DNA from: Lytechinus pictus
Taxonomy: Eukaryota
Length of the DNA stretch: 64,000 nt
Direction of reading: 5' to 3'
Assembly: GCF_037042905.1 (NCBI RefSeq)
Contig: NC_087263.1
Location: 12,340,001 to 12,404,000 of the forward strand
Under the pieces are notes generated by a model. The model did not search any database and was not told the DNA's origin. It saw only the letters and a program-made list of their open reading frames with translations. The first letter of the stretch is position 1, and the number at the start of each line of letters is the position of its first letter. Below, piece after piece: positions 51,936 through 63,704 of the stretch. Both the position numbers and the translations under genes were made by a program.

Positions 51936-54689
51936 TAGAGAGGGAGAGAGAGGAGGGAGAGGGGGGATGGGTACATAAAATATAGAGGGGGAGATAGGGA
52001 AAGAGAGAGAGAGAGAGAAGGAGAGAGAGTGAACCATGGTCAAGTGTCGTGGATATTTTCCCCCCAATATGGATATATTTCAAGCGTAAGAAGAAAGCCT
52101 ACACCACAGCAGTCTTTTCCAGACGACTCACTGATGTACGCCATTCCTCCAACTCCCTCGCGAGTTCGTTGACCTTTCCTAAGGTCGCTTGAGGTCAATC
52201 TCCGTCTGGCAAGGGTAACGGTTGCTAAGGTTACGGAACGATGATGTTACTTATTTGTAGTCTAATCCTTACTGTCTATGAAACAGCTGGTATATATGGA
52301 TAAATGTCGTCTTAAAGGAAATTGGGAGGCCAAGAGGCCTCTTTCATGATAAGTTTAAAAAATCTTTGTAAACTTGCGATCAATTGAAATAATTATGACA
52401 ATCCAAATGTGGGTCACAATTTTATCATCAGGTGTCGAAATTACGTCGATTGAGAGGAAATCATTATTATGTTTAGCTTTAATATTATCGGAATTATTTG
52501 AAATATAATTTGTTGAAAGATTAATGTCTTGTCAAATATGTGGGATCATGTGTTGGCTTTGTAATTTCATGCCCAACTATATATGTGAAACATAACCTTA
52601 GATTCCACATATGTGTATATACTGATTGGGATGATATCAAAACAATTTGCTTCGATCTTTAATTTATCTGTAATATAAAATTAACGTATTTTATGCGTTT
52701 ATTTGTGTGTGCATGTTCTTGAGTTTTTTACAGATTGACGTTTATTAATCATATATGATTATTTACATATGGTGTTGACTTTTAACGTCACTATCCGAAA
52801 GACGGGGGGGGGGGGTTGAATCTCCATTTTAAAGGCACCATGTCCAGCCACCATGGATCGCTTTTGCAGCTTTCGCACCAATGTAGAATTTATTTCCCCT
52901 AATTCTTAACCAGAATGCAAAAGTCAGATTGCTTAGTCTCATAATACATACCCAAGATAAATTTTGTCTGCTTGCCTTCGAACGAAAAATAGGATGATAT
53001 ATTATATTTTTTGTGAACAGTACCCTTTCAAACATTCATGTTCTGTGACCGATCGAGTTTGTCAGTCGTATTGTTGTATGAAATATCACAATACATCATT
53101 ATTTTAAAAAAGTATAAATAACGAGACTAGTAACCGCGCTCCTTATGTACCATTGAAAATCATATTCAGTCAGCTTCATTCATTCCCAGCACACAATTAA
53201 ATATCAATATGTTCAAAATTACCTTGGGATGTAATTCATGCATAGCACGAGTCTAATGTATGAGCCATAATCTGCATACATGTATCTGTTTGATAAAAAA
53301 ACCCAACTAATTATTCGACCAATACATTTCCGATCCAAAATTGCTTGTAGCTTGATTTGCAAATCCCACCCATTTAAATTGAATTCATTATTAGGTCGTA
53401 TTTACTTGGATGAATTGTTTTGTGATTGGATTCAGTGGACCATGACGCCTTCTAAAGAGATGGAATTTAAATTTTAATTGGAGTTGTAGCTTGTTATACA
53501 TTTTTCATTCGACTGTCAAACAATATACACACACATGGCAAGAACTATGGTGTTGATTGTGGTGTACATGGAGCACTACACCATTCATTTTACCCCGGTG
53601 TTATTTTTTGGTGTTTAGTAGTTCAACACCTGTATAAGGATGGTATTACATCTACATACAACACCTTTTATTGATCCTTTTTTACACTCTGGCGTTATGT
53701 TCAATCTCGCGGATGTAATTTTAACACCCTAGTGTGTGTTGCTATAGGGTCACCAACGGGTGTCAGATTAACACCCAGTTTTAGAGTGCCATGATTTAGG
53801 TTAATAACACACCACAGCGATGCTGTTTTCTGGTAGAACACTGAAAAATGGGTGTGAAAAGCAGAACCATTTGATGTTCTGAGATGCGCACACGCTTAGG
53901 TGTTAATATACACCATTGAAATTGAACAGAACACTAAATGGTGTTATGTTACAAGAAAATATATTACCATTTTCTACCCTTTTTCACGGAATAATCATAG
54001 GAGTCGGGTGCCCAGTGCCCCCCCCCCCCTCCTGTGGCGCATCGCCTGCTCTGATTTATAAAGCATATTTTTTCTGATTGGCATGGACTTCACAGCTCAG
54101 AAATGTTACTGGCGATCATTAACTTCTTGTATTCTAAAAATATTCCTGATTTCATAAAAATAAGTTTTTATATGTAGCCTCAGAAAAGGACATCGAGGTG
54201 TATTTTTGTGATGGTTAATTTGACATTTCCATTTCCGCATCAGCATGCTCATATTCCACTGTGTTGACATGGTTAACTCCCAGTTCAGTGCCCTTCTTTG
54301 ATTATTTCATCGCTTTAAAGATAAATCACAATTTTGGCTGCGAGTTTATAATTAAACTGATTGTGCTTGATCATTGTATGCACTTAGATTCGTCGTTCGT
54401 TGTAAAGGTTATATGGAGTTACGTAAAGTGGACACAGGAGTGAATGAATGGGTCCGCACATTTGCATCCAGATCATGTTTTTTTAATCATTATATTCGAT
54501 ACTACTGCTGCTAGTAATTGATTGTAATTATTTCTTTATTTTAAAGAAAAGTAATGTACAAATCAAGAACGAAGTTAAACAATGATAAATTAATAGTAAT
54601 AATAATAATGATAACAATAATAATGATTGAAATAATAATGATAATGATAATAATAATATTGATGATAATAATAATTTAGTAATGATGAT

Positions 54690-55263
54690 TGTGGCTGCCT
54701 CTATATAAGAGGAGTTTCCAATAATATACGACGAATGACAGGACGAGTTTCATACGATTTAAAGAACTCTTTAATATAGATGATTGTCGATTAATGATCA
54801 GTAGAAATATCTTGTAGATTAAGCGTTGCAGATAACATTCTGAAAATTATAAAACAGATATACAAGAATCATGAATACACAGACATATTATCTTTTCGTT
54901 TACACATTAGATTCATATTTACATAATTTAGTTAATCATCATCATTCACATTAAAACAACATTCATTCATCATTATTATCATAATAAATATTTGGTAAAT
55001 AACAGAGTGCAATTAATAATCAAATAAAAGTAATCAAACTTACCAAATATGGCTTTCTGTTTCTTTCTGTAAACTGGACTGGACACAGCCTTTTTCCTTC
55101 GTAATACTTAAACAATGACAATTATTTATAATACGCGCGCAACTATTATGATTATTATTATTATTATTATGCGCAAATATACATGGCAACCATGACGCAG
55201 CAATCAAGATTAAGATTACACTAATTACGTCACAATTAATGCGCACAATGCGTCGCAGTAACA
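54690..55263 (-). repeat. 3' LTR of the BEL/Pao element
   Basis: Direct repeat of 61613-62186; no differences seen by eye. Confidence 0.97.
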
Positions 55264-55974
55264 TGGCTCCTTTAACTGATTATCCAAAACAGTTACTTAT
55301 ATATACTTATAAACTTCAATTAGAAATATATATAGCGCTTGCATAAAAAGAATAACACTATAAACCACTATTAAAAATATCAATAAACAATAAAGTATTC
55401 ATGCTATAGTATTATGCTTGCATGCTCTCATCACAGTTTGATAAGTGAATAATTCTAATATATTATCGAAGTTTCAAGCGTTCGAAAGCAAATTCAGGTC
55501 AAAACTATACGATCAAATCATAAAATGATAAATAAAAGAATGCATAATACAATATTTTGAACGATATCTGAAAATATAGCAAGCCTTTTTTTTCTTTTCA
55601 AATGCATTTCTTTTGATCCAATTTGATTCTTGAAACATCAAGAAGATAATATATTAAATTTGTATATGTATAATGCCAAAAAATGCACACTGCAATATAA
55701 GCAATGTTTCGCTCATTTGGTTGAACAAGACAAAATAAAAGATCACATATTCAAATAGCACAGAAACAATTTTCCAAGCTATCAATAACTTTGCATATCA
55801 ATCTGCTCATTGCCTATTGATATAGAAATAAACGATAATAATATAACAGTCTAATTGTTCTTGTGTTTGGCTCCTTGCGGGGGAATCCCTAAATGTCTTT
55901 CGCGTGGATTATACTTGCCCATGTGAAAAGCAGTCTCTTTCTGTTATAGTGTCAGTATCACATTAAGAACAAAT

Positions 55975-58900
55975 CTAGTCATCTGCCAGGATCAAAACGA
56001 GCTTATGTATGGGTCTTTCCAAAAATCTAGGCTCATGCTTACGTTTACCGTCTTTTCGAAGATCGCGATCAGCCATGATCAGTTTCACTTTACGAACTCG
56101 ACCGTCATCACATTTGTAGGCTTCTGTCACTCTTCCTAGTGGCCACTGACTTCGAGTATCGCTGCAGTCTTTTACAATGACGATGTCGCCTATCGCGAGG
56201 TCACGCTTTGGATGGACCCACTTCTGTCTTGTTTGGATGTCTTGGAGATATTCACGCTTCCATCTACTCCAGAATTCGTTCGCTAGATACTGCACACGAC
56301 GCCACCACTTCCGAGCATACACGTCTTCTCGCTGAAACTTGCCTGGGGGAGGCATCACAACTTTTGCCTTCATGGTTAGAAGATGGTTCGGAGTCAACGG
56401 TTCAGGGGCATCTCCTGCACATAGATTAGCTGTAGACAGTGGTCTGGAATTGACAACTGACTCCACTTCAGTAAGGAACGTCTGGAAGGATTCATCATCT
56501 AGTTGTGACCCTGAATTCATGAGGAGGGGTTCAAGGACTCTGCGTACTGTACCGATCTGGCGCTCCCAAACTCCTCCCATGTGAGATGCACTCGGCGTGT
56601 TCATCTGGAAGGGTATCCAATCAACTCCATTCTCTAGTAGATACGTCTGGATAGATTCCTGGTCCAACTCTCTCATTGCTTCCCGCAACTCGTTTCTAGC
56701 GCCAACGAAAGCAGTCCCTCTATCAGATCTGATCTGTCTGACTGGTCCACGACGAGTGAGGAACCGCCGGAGGCAGTTGATGAAGCTACTGCTTGTGAGA
56801 CTATTTGCTGCTTCTAGATGAATGGCTCTTGATGCCATACAAGTGAAAAGTACTCCATATCTTTTCACAATACTTCTTTTTTCTTTGATGTTGAAAGGTC
56901 CAAAGTAGTCCACAGCACAGTATGTGAATGGGGGTGCCGGTTCTAGGCGATCTTTTGGCAGATCTGCCATCTTCTGTTGCTGCAATGGTCCTCTCATTTT
57001 TCTGCACAAGACACACTTTGATATGATACTGGAAACTGCAGAAGAACCACCAATCACCCAGTATCCATTTTGTCTCAGTTGATTATGTGTGATTCCTCTT
57101 CCCATGTGGTTAACCTGCTCATGCTTGTGTCTTATGAGCAATGTCGTCATATGAGAATTTCTCGGCATGATGACGGGATGCTTGATTTCGTCAGGTACGG
57201 CAGCTTTGTCGATTCTTCCACCAACTCGCATGATACCATCACTGCCAATGTATGGATCTAGACGATATAGAGAACTGATTGGCTTGATTTCACTGTTTCT
57301 CTTCCTTGCTGTCTGTCTGTCATTTTGCTCACCAGAGCCTAAGTTGTGAAGTACCATCAATTCGTCACGAAAATGTTCTATCTGCAAGTTTCGGATTATT
57401 TCAGTTTCTGCTGCATCGACTTCTGCAACTGTCAAGATAACACGTTGGAGTGGACGGTTCAATTTAGGGCTTGTCTTCCTCTTCACTTCTCTCTTTCGAA
57501 GTTTACTTTTGAACATCATACATAGTGCTACCACTCTCTTGGCACGTTGCCAGCTTGAGATATGCTGGAGGCGACTAATCTCGAAGTGGTTGGCTCTAGC
57601 AGTCATTGTAGACAAGGTCGACACATGTCTAACTTCTGGGTCATCTTTCTCACAGCTGGCTTTATACTGCTCTGTAGGAATCTTGAATTCTCCTTTCTCA
57701 TGAAGAAACTTCGGTCCAACCAGCCAGCGGCTACTTTCAACGAGCTCCTTTGCTGTCATCCCTCGAGACGCCTCATCAGCAGGGTTGTCTTCTGTGTTCA
57801 CATAGAACCATCTTTTGGGGTTTGTTTCGTCATGTATCTGTTGCACCCTATTTGCCACGAAGACATGGAATCTCCTTGCTTCGTTACGAATGTAACCCAA
57901 GACTACTTGACTATCTGTCCAGAAGAATTCTTGAGGTTTAGCCACTGTCAATTCTTTCCTTAGAAATGTACTCATCTTTGCTGATACAGTGGCAGCCGTC
58001 AGTTCGAGTCTGGGAATAGTCATCTGTCTGAGTGGGGTTACTCTTGATTTGGCTGTCACGAGAGAGCAACACACTTTGTCCTCTTCATTCACCAGGCGAA
58101 TATAAGAGCACTGTCCGTAACCATCAAAACTTGCATCTGAAAAGTGATGTAACTCCGTACGCTTTACTTTGCCGAAGTTTGGAGGCTTGTAGCATCTTGG
58201 GACGTTTAGTTTCTCGAGTTCACTTATTTCAGATCTCCATTTCTCCCACTGTGGTCTGACGTCATCGGGTAAGGGGCTGTCCCAATCAAGTTTCCTTCTG
58301 CAGAGGTCCTGGAGAATCTGTTTTCCTCTCAGAGTCACTGGACTTGCAAGGCCGATAGGGTCATAAATTGAGCCAACAGTGGATAGAACTCCCCGTCTAG
58401 TAAGAGGGCGATCTTTAAGCTCAATTCGGAACTGCAATGTATCACTTTCCACGCACCAGAATACACCTAATGCTCTCTCTATTGGTAGTGGATCAACTTC
58501 TAGGTCCAAGTCAGCAATACCCTTAGCTCTGTCTTCGATAGGAAAACTCTGCAGAACCTCCTTATTGTTAGACATTATCTTGTGTAATCTCAGTCCAGCT
58601 TTACTGCAGATTGCTTGACTTGCTTTCATGACACTCACGGCTTCATCTGGGGTTGCGACTGACTTAAGTCCGTCGTCGACATAGAAGTCATCTCGAATAT
58701 ATGAAGCTGCATTGGACCCAAACTCAGCTTCGCCATCATCTGCTGCTTTCTTGAAGCCATAGTTAGCACATCCAGGTGAGCTAGTAGCGCCGAATAGGTG
58801 AACCTTCATCCTGTATTCGATCACGTTTTTGTTTGGGTCACCATCTTCCCACCACAAGAAACGGAGAAGGTCCCGATCTTCCTCCGACACGAAGAATTGG

Positions 58901-61563
58901 TGAAACATTCCTTTGATGTCTCCAACGACAGCAACTTCTTCTTGGCGGAACCTGCACAGTACTCCAACTAAGCCATTAGTCAAGTCTGGTCCTTGTAGGA
59001 GGTTGTCATTGAGTGAGATTCCTTCACACTTTGCTGAGCAATCAAAGACCACACGTATTTTCCCTGGCTTTTTGGGATGATAGACACCAGTATGGGGTAC
59101 ATAGTTTACCTTTCCTTGTTTGTAGCTAGAGGGAGCCCTTTCAGCACATGTTTCAAGCACATCTTTCATGAATTCTATGTAGTCTTCCATAAACTTTGGG
59201 TTCCTTCTAAACCTGGCATTTAGTTGTTTCCATCGGTTCTCTGCTACTTTGCGATTGTATGGTAGCGATGTGTTAGGCGTCTTGAGGGGGAGGGGCATCT
59301 CATAATGTCCGTCTGGTCGTTTCCTTATTCCTTTCTCCATGATTCGCAGGAACTTCTTGTCCTCCATTGAGATAGACTGCCCTCCCATGTTTTCATCAGC
59401 AAAGTCCTTCTCGAGAATCGCAATGACTTTCTGCGGGCAGAGGATTTCCTTCGCTGTTGACGGGACTGCAAACTTCTCGCTCTCACAACTTGTAGCTTTG
59501 TTGCAAACAACAGCACCTGAACTTTCAGATGTCAGGCAGACTTTTCCAATAATTCCCCAACCTAGGAGAGATTTTTGAGCATAGGGATCATCCTCCCCTC
59601 CAGTGATTACTTGTCGAGGCCGGATAGCTCTTGGGCAATCATTTCCGATCAAGAGTGACACATCAATGTTTCTATCATAGGGTATCATTGCATCCGCAAC
59701 TTGACGAAGATGAGGCCAGTGATTTACCACCTCCTTCTTGGGTATTTGTGACCTGCTGGCTGGTATTTCCTGTCTTGCAAAGGCCACTGGTAGTTGAATT
59801 ACATGCTCCTTATTATAGTCTTGTATCTCCAGACCCTTGATTTTCTTACTTTCGATGTTAGAACTTCCATGCATTGTTGTCAGCTGCAGATTTGTTGAAG
59901 CTCCCTTTACGCCGAGTTTGTCACGCAGTTTCTCTGACATGAAGCTTACATTTGACTGATCATCAAGCACTGCATACACAAGGCACTCTTTACTTGGATT
60001 TTCTTGATGTCTCACCCAGACTGGTACAATCATACTATGATCTCTGCCGTTTTGATCCTGGATTGAGCATACTGTAGTACAGTTGGCAAACCCTGCATGC
60101 TCAGTCTTCTTGGTAGCATAGTGTAGACAGGACAGATGGCTACCCCCACATTCCTTGCACGATCGTCGATCTTGGCACTCCTTGATACGATGACTATCTG
60201 TCATCCCACATCCCATGCACAGTCTCCGCTTGAAGAAAAATGCCTTCCGGTCATACATAGGCTTGGTGACGAAATCATCACATTCATCTAGGGTATGGTC
60301 TTCCTTACACCAAGGACAGTTTGCATAGCTTCCATTTTTCGACCATTCCGATTTTACCCTCCTTCCATCTGTAGCGAAGGTTCTTGCTTTAGGACCCAAT
60401 GCTCCAAGACTTCTCGAGGTTTCTCTGAGGCCTGCAAGTTCAGGGATGTTGGCCTTGTTAGCTGCCCTTCTCACAAACTCTTCAAACTTTGAGAATGATG
60501 GATATTCTTGTTGGTCGATGTTTTCTCTCTGACGGTCAATCTCATCTCTCCATCTTCCTTCGAGATATACAGGCAATTTCTCTAGAAGTTTGGCATTCTC
60601 CTGTGGATAATCTAAGATTCCAAGAGATTTTACTGATTGCTTTGCTGCCTTTACTTTTCCTAGGAAATCTGCGAGCTCCATCAAACCGTTTGAATCCTTC
60701 GGTCCTATCTTTGGCCAGGCGGCAAGTTTATTCATGTAGGCTGTGCTAACGATGCTTGGATTTCCATATCTCTCACTTATGAGACTCATCGCTCTTTCAT
60801 AGCCATCTTCACTTCCTATCAGCATGAAATGCTGGACGACATCCTTTGGTTTTCCTGTTACATAATTATTCAGGTACATCAACTTGGTGGTAGATCCCAT
60901 TGGCTTGCTATCTATCATACTTATGAATGCATGCTTCCACATTGGGTAGGTCATGGGGTCTCCATTAAAGATGGGAATGTCTATCTTAGGTAGCTGAAGA
61001 GATGCCGACATTTCCTGATTAGCGGCACATTGTTGGAGACTTACGTTGCCGAGCTGAGTAACACATCTTTCCAGTGATTTGGCAATCTGCTCCCATCCTG
61101 ACTGTTGGGTAGAAGGTACTTGGAAATTCTGCGGCGACTGCCCCGCTACAAGATTTGGAGGAGGCGTTACATCTGCCTCGCATGACTTCAGAAATCTATC
61201 CATATCAGCTTCTTTATTGACATCAAGTCCTTCCAATAGGGATGATTTCTCCAATCCAAATTCTTCCAGCACTTCTAACTTAGCTTCGTTTTCTGCGAGT
61301 TCTATCTCGCAGACTAATGCATCTTGCATCTCTTCGTATGCTTCTTGTGCCATCTTGGCTTTTCTTTCCATTTCCTTTACTTTCTTTTCCTTTTCTTTGA
61401 AAGACAATTTTGCTTGCATGGCGGCGGCCTTCTTTTTTAACTCCAACATTTCCAGCTCTACAGAGACCGCTAGACTTACTCCGGTCCTCGTGGAACTGCA
61501 CTTTGACTTGAGAGATCCGCATTCTTCCTTATCATGCTTATCTTTTCTCTCCATCATGTCCAT
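55975..61563 (-). CDS. BEL/Pao gag-pol polyprotein, 1862 aa (Gag with 3 Cys/His knuckles, aspartic protease, RT, RNase H, integrase)
   Basis: LPKIDIPIFNGDP gag motif; CPWCKEDHTLDEC / CMGCGMTDSHRIKEC / CKECGGSHLSCLH; YAVLDDQSNVSF protease; KIRVVFDCSA and FYVDDGL RT; ELHHFSDAS RNase H; H..H..CVLC, DYFGP, SDRG and GGVWER integrase; PR-RT-RH-IN order; no stops. Confidence 0.97.
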   Translation of the reverse strand: MDMMERKDKHDKEECGSLKSKCSSTRTGVSLAVSVELEMLELKKKAAAMQAKLSFKEKEKKVKEMERKAKMAQEAYEEMQDALVCEIELAENEAKLEVLEEFGLEKSSLLEGLDVNKEADMDRFLKSCEADVTPPPNLVAGQSPQNFQVPSTQQSGWEQIAKSLERCVTQLGNVSLQQCAANQEMSASLQLPKIDIPIFNGDPMTYPMWKHAFISMIDSKPMGSTTKLMYLNNYVTGKPKDVVQHFMLIGSEDGYERAMSLISERYGNPSIVSTAYMNKLAAWPKIGPKDSNGLMELADFLGKVKAAKQSVKSLGILDYPQENAKLLEKLPVYLEGRWRDEIDRQRENIDQQEYPSFSKFEEFVRRAANKANIPELAGLRETSRSLGALGPKARTFATDGRRVKSEWSKNGSYANCPWCKEDHTLDECDDFVTKPMYDRKAFFFKRRLCMGCGMTDSHRIKECQDRRSCKECGGSHLSCLHYATKKTEHAGFANCTTVCSIQDQNGRDHSMIVPVWVRHQENPSKECLVYAVLDDQSNVSFMSEKLRDKLGVKGASTNLQLTTMHGSSNIESKKIKGLEIQDYNKEHVIQLPVAFARQEIPASRSQIPKKEVVNHWPHLRQVADAMIPYDRNIDVSLLIGNDCPRAIRPRQVITGGEDDPYAQKSLLGWGIIGKVCLTSESSGAVVCNKATSCESEKFAVPSTAKEILCPQKVIAILEKDFADENMGGQSISMEDKKFLRIMEKGIRKRPDGHYEMPLPLKTPNTSLPYNRKVAENRWKQLNARFRRNPKFMEDYIEFMKDVLETCAERAPSSYKQGKVNYVPHTGVYHPKKPGKIRVVFDCSAKCEGISLNDNLLQGPDLTNGLVGVLCRFRQEEVAVVGDIKGMFHQFFVSEEDRDLLRFLWWEDGDPNKNVIEYRMKVHLFGATSSPGCANYGFKKAADDGEAEFGSNAASYIRDDFYVDDGLKSVATPDEAVSVMKASQAICSKAGLRLHKIMSNNKEVLQSFPIEDRAKGIADLDLEVDPLPIERALGVFWCVESDTLQFRIELKDRPLTRRGVLSTVGSIYDPIGLASPVTLRGKQILQDLCRRKLDWDSPLPDDVRPQWEKWRSEISELEKLNVPRCYKPPNFGKVKRTELHHFSDASFDGYGQCSYIRLVNEEDKVCCSLVTAKSRVTPLRQMTIPRLELTAATVSAKMSTFLRKELTVAKPQEFFWTDSQVVLGYIRNEARRFHVFVANRVQQIHDETNPKRWFYVNTEDNPADEASRGMTAKELVESSRWLVGPKFLHEKGEFKIPTEQYKASCEKDDPEVRHVSTLSTMTARANHFEISRLQHISSWQRAKRVVALCMMFKSKLRKREVKRKTSPKLNRPLQRVILTVAEVDAAETEIIRNLQIEHFRDELMVLHNLGSGEQNDRQTARKRNSEIKPISSLYRLDPYIGSDGIMRVGGRIDKAAVPDEIKHPVIMPRNSHMTTLLIRHKHEQVNHMGRGITHNQLRQNGYWVIGGSSAVSSIISKCVLCRKMRGPLQQQKMADLPKDRLEPAPPFTYCAVDYFGPFNIKEKRSIVKRYGVLFTCMASRAIHLEAANSLTSSSFINCLRRFLTRRGPVRQIRSDRGTAFVGARNELREAMRELDQESIQTYLLENGVDWIPFQMNTPSASHMGGVWERQIGTVRRVLEPLLMNSGSQLDDESFQTFLTEVESVVNSRPLSTANLCAGDAPEPLTPNHLLTMKAKVVMPPPGKFQREDVYARKWWRRVQYLANEFWSRWKREYLQDIQTRQKWVHPKRDLAIGDIVIVKDCSDTRSQWPLGRVTEAYKCDDGRVRKVKLIMADRDLRKDGKRKHEPRFLERPIHKLVLILADD

Positions 61564-61612
61564 TGTCAGCTTTTTTAATGTTATTCAGCTTGATGCTTAA
61601 TTTGAATGTTAT

Positions 61613-62186
61613 TGTGGCTGCCTCTATATAAGAGGAGTTTCCAATAATATACGACGAATGACAGGACGAGTTTCATACGATTTAAAGAACTCTTTAATAT
61701 AGATGATTGTCGATTAATGATCAGTAGAAATATCTTGTAGATTAAGCGTTGCAGATAACATTCTGAAAATTATAAAACAGATATACAAGAATCATGAATA
61801 CACAGACATATTATCTTTTCGTTTACACATTAGATTCATATTTACATAATTTAGTTAATCATCATCATTCACATTAAAACAACATTCATTCATCATTATT
61901 ATCATAATAAATATTTGGTAAATAACAGAGTGCAATTAATAATCAAATAAAAGTAATCAAACTTACCAAATATGGCTTTCTGTTTCTTTCTGTAAACTGG
62001 ACTGGACACAGCCTTTTTCCTTCGTAATACTTAAACAATGACAATTATTTATAATACGCGCGCAACTATTATGATTATTATTATTATTATTATGCGCAAA
62101 TATACATGGCAACCATGACGCAGCAATCAAGATTAAGATTACACTAATTACGTCACAATTAATGCGCACAATGCGTCGCAGTAACA
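61613..62186 (-). repeat. 5' LTR of the BEL/Pao element
   Basis: Direct repeat of 54690-55263. Confidence 0.97.
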
Positions 62187-62792
62187 ATGATAATAATAAC
62201 AACAATATCATAATAAAACAGACGACTATTCATTGTTCTCTGGGTTCTTTTCATCTTTCCAGCATCTTGACTTTCTCTCGAAAAACCATTTCGTCCAAAC
62301 CGCATCTTGCTTTTCATACACCTAGCACTTTCAATCTAACGGTCAATAATCCAGATATTTGACATTGTGCTTAGATGTTCCTCCCTTCGATGTGATCATA
62401 TTCATAAATTTAAAGGAATACAAAGTTAAACGTCTGATCTTGAACTTTCTTCACCCCGTGTTGAACAAAGATCGCATTCATTTTTAGAATTATGTGGTAA
62501 TGAATCGTCTTAATATTCTATATTAATTTGACATTCAAGTTAGAGAAATTGCTTATATGAATAGCACCGGCAACAGATTGATACCTATAAGTGGCTGTGA
62601 ACTATTTACGCTAACATGGAAATTTCATATAAAATACCAAGGTAAGGTCACAATTTTAAATGTCAAATAACCATTCAATGTTAAGCATATAAAAAAGGAT
62701 TCAGTATTGACCAAGGGTACGCCTGCAAAAAAGTAGGTCTTGAACCTTTCTCGATAATGATTTATCGATTTTATTTATCATATCACTCATAT

Positions 62793-63572
62793 ACCCCTTT
62801 CACAAACCCATCCTCCAATTAAGGCGACCGCACACCTTACGATTGGTCTGCGACCCGATTTCAGAATAAAATGTAGTAGAATTTGATGCTAACATTGAGA
62901 CTTGGAATATCTTACTGTGTAATGTTCTAAATCATCGTACGAATACCTATGTTCAAATCTGTGACTATGCTATCATCCTTCTTAGAATAAAGGCGAATTT
63001 AATATCTAGTCGTAATGACGTCATAGCAGTCGTACGATTGGCTACGATTTGAAACTATTTTGGCTTTTACTCCGAAATAAAGGCTTGCAATCTTTCAAAA
63101 TGGTTTTATTTGTATTTTTTCAATTAATTTTAACCTCAAATAAAATGATATGTTCCATTCACATTTTCAGAAAATTAGCAACATGCGATTTGTTCCAAAA
63201 TCGGATGGCGTACAGTCGTAAGGTGTGCGGTGGCCTTTATCCGCCTAAGAGTAATTCAATAAAAATTGCATTCACAAACTCCGAAAATAATCCGCACTAT
63301 TTTTTACGAGCGCCCGACCTGAAAACGGCGGATAATTGTCATGGCAACTGCACACGCCCCCTCCGATGGGGTTGTGTTGGAAAAGGGTGATCTTGTGACC
63401 GCACCATGGCTATCCGCATTACTTTGGAAATGCGTTCATAAAGTCAAAATCTGGTCCCGATGCCGCTATTATGCGGATAATTGCAGCATCGAAATAATGC
63501 GGATAACTCTGGTCCCGTTCCGATTTTACGACCAAATTATGCGGATATTATCCGCATAATTGGGTTTATGAA
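62793..63572. mobile_element. Harbinger-like MITE (atccgc/gcggat-rich) interrupted by the 415-bp MITE; right end truncated
   Basis: Left acccctttcacaaaccca, right tgggtttatgaa; repeated gcggata/tatccgc. Confidence 0.6.
62822..63236. mobile_element. PIF/Harbinger-like MITE, 415 bp, copy 2
   Basis: TIRs as in 36855-37269; perfect TTA TSD. Confidence 0.92.
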
Positions 63573-63704
63573 TCATTAGAAGTTTCTTATCAAATGGATT
63601 TGTCAGTTATCTTTAGAGAAGAGTTATTTCTATTTATTCCAAAAAATGAAAGCATTAAGAAAGCTCTGTCCCTTCGCTCCCTCGCTTTTGTTTAATCCCC
63701 CACT

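Larger units (their letters stand above)
54690..62186 (-). mobile_element. Full-length BEL/Pao LTR retrotransposon (Suzu/Sinbad-like)
   Basis: Two 574-bp LTRs with TG...CA ends, 5-bp TSD ATGAT (54685-54689 / 62187-62191), single intact gag-pol ORF, PPT-like AAAGGAGCCA abutting the 3' LTR. Confidence 0.97.

Noticed and set aside
55264..55275. TGGCTCC right after the left LTR as a + strand PBS
   Set aside because: The ORF is on the minus strand; this is the complement of the PPT-like AAGGAGCCA
56208..61600. Antisense and overlapping short ORFs within the BEL polyprotein, and the 74/82-aa LTR ORFs
   Set aside because: Expected shadow ORFs of a long coding sequence and low-complexity LTR; no independent coding evidence
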